Virus record (IMG/VR): IMGVR_UViG_3300045999_007505
Strand: one strand, 5' to 3'
From: a virus
DNA length: 64,000 nt
Of the stretch, positions 38,234 through 47,177 are shown piece after piece (the first letter of the stretch is position 1; each line of letters opens with the position of its first letter). The position numbers and the translations under genes are program-made. Below the pieces are notes generated by a model. The model saw only the letters and a list, made by a program, of their open reading frames with translations, did not search any database and was not told where the DNA came from.

Positions 38234-41200
38234 TTACACATGATTAATCTTGCTGAATCCGTTTGTTTTGTTAACTTCAATTAAATTATCAACCATATCT
38301 CGCATAGAATCAACGTGCGAAATAATAATTGAAAAATCAAATTTAGTTCTAAAATAATCAAATAAGTTTACTACCGAAGAAATATGTTCTGCATCTAACG
38401 AACCCCATCCTTCATCGATTGCAATAAAATTAGGACGAGGTAATGCTGAAACATTGATAAGTGCAATGCGTATTGCTAAAGATGAAATAAATCGTTCCAT
38501 GCCGGATGTCAATTCTAATGGCCAATAATTATCTTCATCATAAATAATATATCCGTTAATATTTTTGCCATCGGTATTCAATACCATGTTAAATTCAACA
38601 ATTTGATTTAAAACGTTATTAATTTCAGATTCAATTTTAGGAATAGCTTTTGCAACTAATTCATATGGAATTCCATTTCTTTTAACTGACTCTAAATAAT
38701 ATTCATATGCTTTGTATTCCGTTTCGAGTTGTCGATAACGTTCCAATTGATCAATTGCAGTTCCTTTATTTGTACGTGCAACTTCAATAGCACCGAATAA
38801 TGATTTAATTTGATCTTGAATTATTTTGATTTGTTGCGAACATGATACGATTTGTGTTTTACATTCTTCAATTGATTGATCTATTCGTTGATTATGCGTG
38901 ATTGCTGTTTCATTTTTACGAAATGATTCTTGTCGTTCAATAACTGTTTCTAATTCAGATTCTCGAGTTTGCAAATCGCTTTCTAAAATTTGTAATTGTA
39001 ATTCATTGCGTTCTAATGTAATTTTTTTAGTAGCAATATTAGATTTTAATTTATTATATTGATCTGCAATTTCAAATATAGGTTTTAATGCATCTAATTG
39101 AGAATTTAATTCTGTTAGTTCTTGCTGTATTTCTTCTAATAACGCTCTATCCGAATCAATTGTATTCTGGGCTTCAATTGCGTTTTGCACGAAAACGTTA
39201 GATGTACAGTATTTGCAGTTTGGATCATATTCATGAGATTCGAGATGTTTAATTTTTTCTTGTTTGACATTTACTTTCTCCTGTTGTTGTCTAAATTTTT
39301 GTAAGCACGTGTTAGTTAATTGTTCTAATTTTTGATACTGAGTTGTTTGCGTTTCAATTGCGGCTGTATCTATTTGTGATAATTCCGATTCTAATGTCTC
39401 AACGGTTTCAGATAATGTTTCTAATGCTTGTTCTGCCGTTTCTATATCTGTTTGAATTGTTTCAATTTTACCAATCAATGTTTGTTCTTGTGATTGCAAT
39501 TCCGCAATATTCGGCCCATCGTATGTTGTTGGTAATTTTGTTTCAATTAGTTGTAATATTTGTTCTTGAAATTCATTTCGAAGATCTTGTTGTTGATCTT
39601 CAAGTTGTTCTAATGATATAATAGTATCTTGATTTTCCGTAATAACGGCATCTGCTTGAATAATAATTTCAGCAAAATCCGTTTTCTTATAATCCTTTAA
39701 TCGCCCCGCAGTTTCTTTAATTTCATCTGCGGCAAGTTGATACAGTTGTTCAAATACTGTAATATCTAGGAATTGTGATAAAAGATCTTTGCGTTCTTTT
39801 TGTGACTTTTCAATAAAGTTATTGTTGTCTGCTTGTAAAGAAAATGCAGTTAAAATAAAATCATCATATGTGCCTAAATAGCGTCGAATGTTTTTATTTG
39901 TTTCACTACGTTCCTCACCATTTAAATTTTCTGAATCTGTATAAAATTCTACATCAACTTTAACGTGCGTTTCTTTCTTTTTATTTTGAGTACCTCTACG
40001 TTCAATAGTATATGTTACTCCATTCATTTCGAAACGAAATACACCTCGGAACCAATCTTTCTTGTTATTTAATACTTCATTTGCTTTGCTTGTTTTGCTA
40101 CATTTATCAAATATAGTATATGTAATTGCATCAAGCAAGCTTGATTTTCCAGATGTGTTTGCAGCAAATAATCCGCATACATCAGACAAGTTTTCAAAAT
40201 TTAAAACATTGCCTTCACCATATGAAAACATGTTATCAAATTCAAATGATATAGGATGCCAAGTAGTATGACGTATTGATTCCACTGCTGGCAATTTTGA
40301 ATTTATTGTGCGATTAATATGTCGAATAGCATCAATTTCATTCAGAGTAGCCTGTGGGAAATTCGTATCAATATATTCTGTTAATAATACATTTTGATAT
40401 TCAACATCCCGAACATTTCCTATTGCTAAACTAGAAGAAGTATTAGTCGCATTCGAACCTATAGTTCTTTGAATTGTAATGTCTTCTACTTGATATTTTT
40501 TTCGAATCATTGCAATCAAACGTTTCATATCTGCTGCACTCGTTTCGTTAAATTTAATACGAATGCGAGGACGTTTTGGCATACGATGCGGAGAAGATAT
40601 GATTGCAGAACCCTGAGTTTCTATAGTTACATAACCATAATCATTTTCAATTTGTACAAATTCTGCACTTCGTTGTTCTACATCCCAAACTAATATACCA
40701 TGGTCCAATGCTTCGCCATGATTTTGTTGAATAAGTGAACCAGGATATGCGACGGTTTGTGCTGCATCTAGGAATTGTGCTGGTTTGTGAATATCTCCTA
40801 GCAACGTAATGTCATGTCCTTCAAATAAATCAACACCTACATGTTCATTTGATATTTGATATCCAATATCCGTTTTGGCAGTATTTACTGCACCATGGTG
40901 TAATGCAATTTTATATGTAGCTGTAAAATCTTTTGCACGAATATAATCAGCGGGTGTTTTATCAACAGCCATATGATTCCAAGTAACGCCTCCCAATTCA
41001 AATAAACCATTATCTTTAACAAAATGAATATGTTTATTTTGAATTACATCCAGTACTGGACTTACTGCATCGATGCGATGCATATTGTTTAAGTTCATGT
41101 CATGGTTACCTAAAATAACAATTGTAGGTAATTCAAATCCATTAAAGAAATCAACTAGCATTTGAACTAGTTCTGGCGACATATCTAATTTGCTATGCAC

Positions 41201-41380
41201 AATATCTCCAGTAACTACTGCAATGCTTCGTTCTGTTTTAGTTTGATTAATATATTCAAACATGTTTTTAAATACTTCTCGATATTCTCGATGCCGTTTC
41301 AATGTTCGAATATGTACGTCTGAAATATGATAAATTTTATCAATCTTATCAATTCCCGTTTCAATTTTTTTTATGCCCAT
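38234..41380 (-). CDS. SbcD/Mre11 nuclease-SbcC/Rad50 ATPase fusion (gp47-gp46-like)
   Basis: Phosphoesterase DVH, GD, GNHD, GDIH, YPGS; Walker A ANTSGKS; zinc hook CKYC; signature TSGME; Walker B IAIDEGWGSLD; ISH. Confidence 0.92.
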   Translation of the reverse strand: MGIKKIETGIDKIDKIYHISDVHIRTLKRHREYREVFKNMFEYINQTKTERSIAVVTGDIVHSKLDMSPELVQMLVDFFNGFELPTIVILGNHDMNLNNMHRIDAVSPVLDVIQNKHIHFVKDNGLFELGGVTWNHMAVDKTPADYIRAKDFTATYKIALHHGAVNTAKTDIGYQISNEHVGVDLFEGHDITLLGDIHKPAQFLDAAQTVAYPGSLIQQNHGEALDHGILVWDVEQRSAEFVQIENDYGYVTIETQGSAIISSPHRMPKRPRIRIKFNETSAADMKRLIAMIRKKYQVEDITIQRTIGSNATNTSSSLAIGNVRDVEYQNVLLTEYIDTNFPQATLNEIDAIRHINRTINSKLPAVESIRHTTWHPISFEFDNMFSYGEGNVLNFENLSDVCGLFAANTSGKSSLLDAITYTIFDKCSKTSKANEVLNNKKDWFRGVFRFEMNGVTYTIERRGTQNKKKETHVKVDVEFYTDSENLNGEERSETNKNIRRYLGTYDDFILTAFSLQADNNNFIEKSQKERKDLLSQFLDITVFEQLYQLAADEIKETAGRLKDYKKTDFAEIIIQADAVITENQDTIISLEQLEDQQQDLRNEFQEQILQLIETKLPTTYDGPNIAELQSQEQTLIGKIETIQTDIETAEQALETLSETVETLESELSQIDTAAIETQTTQYQKLEQLTNTCLQKFRQQQEKVNVKQEKIKHLESHEYDPNCKYCTSNVFVQNAIEAQNTIDSDRALLEEIQQELTELNSQLDALKPIFEIADQYNKLKSNIATKKITLERNELQLQILESDLQTRESELETVIERQESFRKNETAITHNQRIDQSIEECKTQIVSCSQQIKIIQDQIKSLFGAIEVARTNKGTAIDQLERYRQLETEYKAYEYYLESVKRNGIPYELVAKAIPKIESEINNVLNQIVEFNMVLNTDGKNINGYIIYDEDNYWPLELTSGMERFISSLAIRIALINVSALPRPNFIAIDEGWGSLDAEHISSVVNLFDYFRTKFDFSIIISHVDSMRDMVDNLIEVNKTNGFSKINHV

Positions 41381-42312
41381 AACATGTCCATTTTGAGTGC
41401 CATGATGCGCTCAAATGTTAATATATCAGTATCGTTAATAATTTCTGTAATATGTTCAAAACCTAATTCTGATGCATCTGCATCTTGTAGTTTGATAAAA
41501 TAAACATTTAATCCTTCTGCCATAAATCGTTCTGCAATTTGCACTGCATTTTTAAGTGCATCAGCATCCAAGCAAATATAGATATCTCTAACTCGTTTTT
41601 CAATGATTTTCTTTTGCAAAGCTGGTTGAATAATTTTTCCGAACAATGGTATTGCATTGCGTTTAATTGCAATTGCATCAAATGCCCCTTCGCAAAGTAT
41701 AATTGGTTGTGACCAATTTATAGTTAAATCAAATCCGATAATGTCTTTTGATATTTTTGGATTTTTATGTTTTTGTTTGTCTGCCTTATAAAATGCTCTA
41801 GAAACAAAATAATTCAATTGTCCTGCTTCATCATAGCTAGGAATAATTATCTTTCCGGAATATTCTCCTCGTTCGCAATATCCAATGCGATACTTTAAAA
41901 TATCTAACATACCAACACCGCGCTGAGCTAAATAATGAATTGCATTGCGATAATCTGGTGTACTTTTTTTATTCCATAACGGAATATAATTTTCTGGTAA
42001 TGATAATGCAGTTACGATTTTCGTTTCTGTATTAACACGATATCTAGAAGATTCAATTATTTTTGAAAGTTGTTCAAACCATTCTTTCGACAAGCCCATT
42101 TGCTTGAATAAACTAGAAATAGTTCGTCCTTTTTTATCAGATATCCAACAATGCCATGGATTTTCTCCGGCATGATTTGTGTTGATATCAATTTCTAATT
42201 TTGGTTTGTAATGTGAAGTAAATGGCGAAAAGAAAGCAATATTATTACCAGAAGTAGATTTTCCTTTACCTAGAACTGATTCTAATAATTGTAACAGTTT
42301 AAGATTCTTCAC
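41371..42312 (-). CDS. DNA primase (TOPRIM)
   Basis: WHCW, YL.QRG, IIIPSY, CEGAFDA, CLDADA, DASE; GTG start. Confidence 0.85.
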   Translation of the reverse strand: MKNLKLLQLLESVLGKGKSTSGNNIAFFSPFTSHYKPKLEIDINTNHAGENPWHCWISDKKGRTISSLFKQMGLSKEWFEQLSKIIESSRYRVNTETKIVTALSLPENYIPLWNKKSTPDYRNAIHYLAQRGVGMLDILKYRIGYCERGEYSGKIIIPSYDEAGQLNYFVSRAFYKADKQKHKNPKISKDIIGFDLTINWSQPIILCEGAFDAIAIKRNAIPLFGKIIQPALQKKIIEKRVRDIYICLDADALKNAVQIAERFMAEGLNVYFIKLQDADASELGFEHITEIINDTDILTFERIMALKMDMLWA

Positions 42313-42318
42313 AATTAT

Positions 42319-42347
42319 AATATAATAAAAAACTGTAAGTAATCCAA
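42319..42347 (-). promoter_or_regulatory. Sigma70-like promoter TTGGAT-N17-TATATT, probably giving a leaderless primase mRNA
   Basis: 17-nt spacer; the -10 box ends 6 nt before the GTG. Confidence 0.6.
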
Positions 42348-42490
42348 TTAATAATTAATATATAATATATGTTAAGCACATACATTTCATTACTGGCTTA
42401 ACGATTGAATCAATAAATTCTTCAATCTATTAATTAAATAACTTTCATTAATCTTCATGAATATATTAAAAATAATTCACAAAACAAACC

Positions 42491-42973
42491 TTACTTAAAA
42501 AAACGTTTCGGGTCTGCTGGAATTTCGCCTGATTTTACGCATTCAGCAAACCATTCTGCAGGTATATCTTTTTTTGCAACGTGCATAATACCTAGCTTAC
42601 GTGCAAATGATTCATATGTAGTTGGAGATGTTTTTGACAATTTTTGATTAGGATTTTGAAACACCATTCTTATATCAATTCCAGGATTTGATTGTAATAC
42701 ATGTTTCATCTTAGTGCGATCTGCAGTAGTCCACCGTCCTTTCGTTTCAATATACATGGTACCGCCATTGCGTTTTGTAAACACAAAATCCGGAGTATAT
42801 TTTGCTTTACGTTCTGGAACTATGTAATTTAATGTGTCGGTTTCATAACGCAGTTCATATTCTGTTTGTTTAATTTGTTCTGATACAGTTAATTCTAATC
42901 CTGATTTATAACCATGTTTAAGAGCATTTGCTCGTTTAGAATTACCAGAACTATGAAAATGATTTCGTCTCAT
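42491..42973 (-). CDS. T7 endonuclease I-like Holliday junction resolvase
   Basis: YKSGLE, YTPDF, IETKGRW...DR.KM, DIRMVF. Confidence 0.9.
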   Translation of the reverse strand: MRRNHFHSSGNSKRANALKHGYKSGLELTVSEQIKQTEYELRYETDTLNYIVPERKAKYTPDFVFTKRNGGTMYIETKGRWTTADRTKMKHVLQSNPGIDIRMVFQNPNQKLSKTSPTTYESFARKLGIMHVAKKDIPAEWFAECVKSGEIPADPKRFFK

Positions 42974-42995
42974 ATTATAACTTTTTTATTTTAAT

Positions 42996-43532
42996 TTACC
43001 AATCAACCATAACCATTTTATCATTCCATATCATGATATTATCCGATCGGAAATCTAAATCTAAATCAAATTCTTTTATATTTAATTTTTCAACATCTAA
43101 TTGTAATGCATTTAAAAAATTATCTATCAATGGATCTATAGTATCTGTTTCTTGAATAAAATCAAAAATAGAAACTTCTCCACCTCGTTCTCTAGCAAAC
43201 GAATAAAACTCATCCATAAACATATCAATTATTTTACGTATACGATCAGGCAATTCAGATGCATTTGCCATTATATACATATTTTTTCCATCAACATAAT
43301 ATACTGGAATAAACGTTGTAAATTCAGTATATCGGTTTACGATAATGTTTGCAACTTTATATTCATCTTGTTCTTGCGTAATTTTAAAAGTTTTATCTTC
43401 GCCATCAATTTCATAAACGCGACCATTATCGCCAGCACCAATTAATCGAAATTGTTTGTTTTGTATCTTATCTAAACAACGTTGAATATCAGATTCAGAT
43501 AATTCTTTAAGTAAATTTTTTAAACGTATCAT
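42996..43532 (-). CDS. Protein-kinase-like fold protein with MIRLKNLLKE leader
   Basis: Gly loop IGAGDNGRVY, FKIT..QDE, catalytic-loop-like DFRSDNIM, terminal VMVDW. Confidence 0.65.
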   Translation of the reverse strand: MIRLKNLLKELSESDIQRCLDKIQNKQFRLIGAGDNGRVYEIDGEDKTFKITQEQDEYKVANIIVNRYTEFTTFIPVYYVDGKNMYIMANASELPDRIRKIIDMFMDEFYSFARERGGEVSIFDFIQETDTIDPLIDNFLNALQLDVEKLNIKEFDLDLDFRSDNIMIWNDKMVMVDW

Positions 43533-45220
43533 TTTGCAAATCCTGGATTAGAAAATAAAATATTTCGATCTAAATCTAAACGTATTAAAAAATTTAAATC
43601 TACATCATCTCGTTTTTTTATTGGTTGTGCTAATTTTCCAATAGCTAATAATTGACCATTGGCATTATATAATCCAATTGTAGTAATATAAGGTGTAAAA
43701 TTGCTACCCGTTACAAAACTTTGATATGTATAATTATCATCGTTAGTTAATGTAACATTTGTAGACAAATTAAATTCACCTGCATCTATTCTAACTAATG
43801 CACTTAGTTCGTGAATTGTTTTAGTACTTTTGTATGATGCAGTAAATGGCGTATTTAATAAATTTTGAAAACGATAATCAGGACTAGAAAATACAACTAA
43901 ACCTTGAGCAGGCATAACGGTACCAACATTTCTAGTTTGTAACATAGTACCGCCTTCCGTTCTATCAGCTAAATAACCAATTTCTGTACCTGTTAATGCT
44001 TTATTAAAAATTCGTATTTCATCTAGTTTTCCGATGTAATTAGAATCGTGCAACAAATTCTTTATATCGGTAGGATTCCCTGCATTAAATATTTGGCTTC
44101 CTGAAATTGAAAATCCTCCTATCTTTAACGGATCATTATTATCAATTCGAATCGATGCAGATAACGGATTATTTATCGGTTGCAATAATGTACTCGATTG
44201 TGATGCTACTAATGTTCCGTTAGTATAAAGTTGAATAGCACTACCAGATTTTTGAAAAAGTATATGAGTCCAATTGTTAGAAATAGATGCAGTAACACGT
44301 AAAGTTGGGTAGCCCAATTGTAAGTTTACACCTGGAATGTCGGGGTAAATAACGTCACTATTTCCGCCAACTGTACACACAATACTTGGTCCACTTCCTA
44401 CAGCAACAATCTCAAATGGCCATTGTTTTTGATGTATAGATGTTCGTTTACTAAGTAAAATTTGCGGTTTAAAGACATTAGTATTTGAAGCACTAACAAA
44501 AAATGATATTGCATAATCATGATCTCGATCATACGATCCATCTAATATACGATCAATTGACCCCGATCCGTTAAAATTTGCAGCATACCCAATACTTCGT
44601 TGTTGTCCCGTAGTAGTAGGAATTCCTGAAACATATGTAACTCCCGATGTATTATACGGAGTACGCGATATATCAAAATATTCATTGAAACCTTCATAAA
44701 ATACAGAACCTGATATGATTGCTGCTGTATTAAAACTCGTATCATAAATATTTTCATATGAATCTGAAGCAAATGATCCAGATACCGAAGAAGTAAACGT
44801 AAATGATGTAGATTTTATTCGTTCGCCAATTTTAACTTGAGGAATTGATAAAACTGACGCTGATTGAAATAATGCTTTTTTTGTTTTTGTTATATTGGGC
44901 GGACCATATGTAATAAACGGTTCATTTTTATATCGATAAAATAAATGATTAAGTGAATAATAAATAACTGTTTGCAAACTTCCGTCAATATTAGCAGCAT
45001 CATTATATGTTAATTCAGTATCTAGTATTGGCAACGTGTCTGTATAAATTGCCGTTAATGGTAATGCACTAGAAGTAACACTTCCCGATGTAATAGTCCA
45101 ATTTTTATATACCTGAAATGAATTCATCGATATATCCGTAGGATCAACTTTTTTTAAAGTTGTCGGATATAATCCATCATACGTAAAAAAATTATCTATA
45201 CCTATTCTTGTTTGTTCCAT
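43529..45220 (-). CDS. LamG/ConA-domain baseplate/tail structural protein
   Basis: WTHI...LYTNG, GKLDEIRIFNKAL; C-terminal PYITTIGLYN...LLAIGKLAQPIKK. Confidence 0.75.
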   Translation of the reverse strand: MEQTRIGIDNFFTYDGLYPTTLKKVDPTDISMNSFQVYKNWTITSGSVTSSALPLTAIYTDTLPILDTELTYNDAANIDGSLQTVIYYSLNHLFYRYKNEPFITYGPPNITKTKKALFQSASVLSIPQVKIGERIKSTSFTFTSSVSGSFASDSYENIYDTSFNTAAIISGSVFYEGFNEYFDISRTPYNTSGVTYVSGIPTTTGQQRSIGYAANFNGSGSIDRILDGSYDRDHDYAISFFVSASNTNVFKPQILLSKRTSIHQKQWPFEIVAVGSGPSIVCTVGGNSDVIYPDIPGVNLQLGYPTLRVTASISNNWTHILFQKSGSAIQLYTNGTLVASQSSTLLQPINNPLSASIRIDNNDPLKIGGFSISGSQIFNAGNPTDIKNLLHDSNYIGKLDEIRIFNKALTGTEIGYLADRTEGGTMLQTRNVGTVMPAQGLVVFSSPDYRFQNLLNTPFTASYKSTKTIHELSALVRIDAGEFNLSTNVTLTNDDNYTYQSFVTGSNFTPYITTIGLYNANGQLLAIGKLAQPIKKRDDVDLNFLIRLDLDRNILFSNPGFAK

Positions 45221-45225
45221 ACAGT

Positions 45226-45262
45226 AAAAACCCTGCTACATTTAATATAAATATAACAGGGC
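45226..45262 (-). terminator. Hairpin plus U-tract containing an embedded ATATTTAT motif
   Basis: GCCCTGTTATATTTA-TAT-TAAATGTAGCAGGGT-TTTT-ACTGT-ATG. Confidence 0.65.
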
Positions 45263-45278
45263 TTAAATCAGTGTTGAT

Positions 45279-46466
45279 TTAGAAATCTAATTTAACTCGT
45301 ATAAGAGCTTCTCTCTGAAATGATTTTAATAATGGTTTAGAAAGTTTTGCTACTGCTAACAATTCTTGATTATCATTATAAAGACCAATTGTAGTAACAT
45401 ATGTTTTAGGATCGCCAATAAATGTAGTTTGTGATAATTGTCCATTGGACCCACTAGTAAACGATGGATTATTTGAAAAATTATATTCACCGTTTTTAAT
45501 TCTTACGAAATAATTTGTACTAGTTACATTTTCTGAATTTCGTGCTAAGAATCCATATTCATCTCCCGTGCTAGGATTAGTTAATACAGAACTTCCTGAT
45601 ATTGAATGAAACAATGCAAAATGATTATTTCCTTCCGAACTTGAACCCGTATTTGTTTGGAAATTCAATTGTTGATCTAACATCTTTCCGTCTAATATCA
45701 ATGTACCAAATGCTGGATATGCTAATCCGTAATATACTGGCGCCGATGGATTGTAAACACCATCATTGATAGAACCTGATACGATATTATAAACTTGTCC
45801 AGAATCTCCAACCGTTGGATTTGAAATTGATGAATCATCAATTAATGTGATTACTCTAGACCCCGAAACATTTACACTACCCGTTGCATTAGTAGGTCTA
45901 GAACCAGAAATTGTACGTAATGGAATTTCAAAATTTCCAGCATCTAATCGTTCTCGTAAACGATTACGTTTAAAGTTAATAACATAGATATAATCAGTAC
46001 TTCCAGAGCCAGCTGTTGTAAATCTAGAATCTGTAGGATTAAGTAATAATTGTCGGTATTGCGAATAAATTGCTTTTGATGGAGAATCTTCTAACTGTCC
46101 TTGAGAATCTGATCCACTACCTAAAGCATGTCCGAATGCTAAAGAAAATTGTGTTGCTGCGCCATCTGCGCTAGGCGTTTCTTGATAAACATCAACATAA
46201 TATCTACGTTGTGCTGTAGTTTCTGCAGATGATGTAAAAAACGTAGTCAGACTAGCAATATTATCACTCCATAATCCAGCTGTAACAGTTTCGGTTTGAT
46301 TTCCAACGACATCATTTAATACATCAAATCTAGTAAATGTTCTACCTGTAATATTTTGTGCTGCTTGATTTAATGCTCCAAGTAATGCATTATTTCCCAA
46401 ATTTGGAAGTTCGGGAGTTTGTCCTATTCTTGGTTGTGTTTTTAATCGTTTAATTAATTCTTTCAT
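45279..46466 (-). CDS. Baseplate/tail structural protein (C-terminus paralogous to 43529-45220)
   Basis: NFSNNPSF...TYVTTIGLYNDNQELLAVAKLSKPLLK. Confidence 0.7.
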   Translation of the reverse strand: MKELIKRLKTQPRIGQTPELPNLGNNALLGALNQAAQNITGRTFTRFDVLNDVVGNQTETVTAGLWSDNIASLTTFFTSSAETTAQRRYYVDVYQETPSADGAATQFSLAFGHALGSGSDSQGQLEDSPSKAIYSQYRQLLLNPTDSRFTTAGSGSTDYIYVINFKRNRLRERLDAGNFEIPLRTISGSRPTNATGSVNVSGSRVITLIDDSSISNPTVGDSGQVYNIVSGSINDGVYNPSAPVYYGLAYPAFGTLILDGKMLDQQLNFQTNTGSSSEGNNHFALFHSISGSSVLTNPSTGDEYGFLARNSENVTSTNYFVRIKNGEYNFSNNPSFTSGSNGQLSQTTFIGDPKTYVTTIGLYNDNQELLAVAKLSKPLLKSFQREALIRVKLDF

Positions 46467-46488
46467 ATTAATATTTTCCTTTTATGCG

Positions 46489-47133
46489 TTAGTTAACTAC
46501 TTTTTTAACGGTTAACTGAATAGTAACGCTGCCTCCTGTTTCATTACCAATAATAGTAATAGTTGCAGTTTTATCAGTAACAAATACTGATTTTGCAACT
46601 ACTCTAAATTGGAATCCTACTGCAGACACACTAGTTGCATCTGAATTATCACCAATAAATCCAGGAGCGGTAGGAGCTGCTGCTGCATTAGCCAATGGTT
46701 GAGATACTTGTAAATCTGCAATTGAATTGTCTGATAATATTGCTGTATATCCCAATGTACTATTGCCACTAATAATATTAGCAGTATTAGGTGCAATAAC
46801 TGAAGATGCGCCTGGTGTTTGTAATATTATCGTAGTATTTCCTACATTAATTTTAGGTAAATATACAGTATTTTTAGGCAATGATATCAATCGATATTTC
46901 AATGCCTGCGTTTCATCTGGAATAGCTTCTGTAATTGGCATATTTTCAATAATAGTGCCATAATATGATGTACCAAGTGGATGATCTGGATTCCATAATG
47001 AATAATCAACTTCATCATCTCCAACTGCAAATTGTGTAATGTTAAATGCATTTCCGCCTTGAGCTAAAAGTTCACGGCCTTTTAAAGTTAAAATTGCATC
47101 AACTGTAATTGTAGAATTATCTAAATATCCCAT
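46489..47133 (-). CDS. Baseplate/tail structural protein
   Basis: MGYLDNSTITVDAILTLKGRELLA...ITQFAVGDDEVDY (tail-collar-like N-terminus). Confidence 0.7.
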   Translation of the reverse strand: MGYLDNSTITVDAILTLKGRELLAQGGNAFNITQFAVGDDEVDYSLWNPDHPLGTSYYGTIIENMPITEAIPDETQALKYRLISLPKNTVYLPKINVGNTTIILQTPGASSVIAPNTANIISGNSTLGYTAILSDNSIADLQVSQPLANAAAAPTAPGFIGDNSDATSVSAVGFQFRVVAKSVFVTDKTATITIIGNETGGSVTIQLTVKKVVN

Positions 47134-47177
47134 AATATTTTTACCTTTATTATAAATATTACATATTAAAAAAATGG

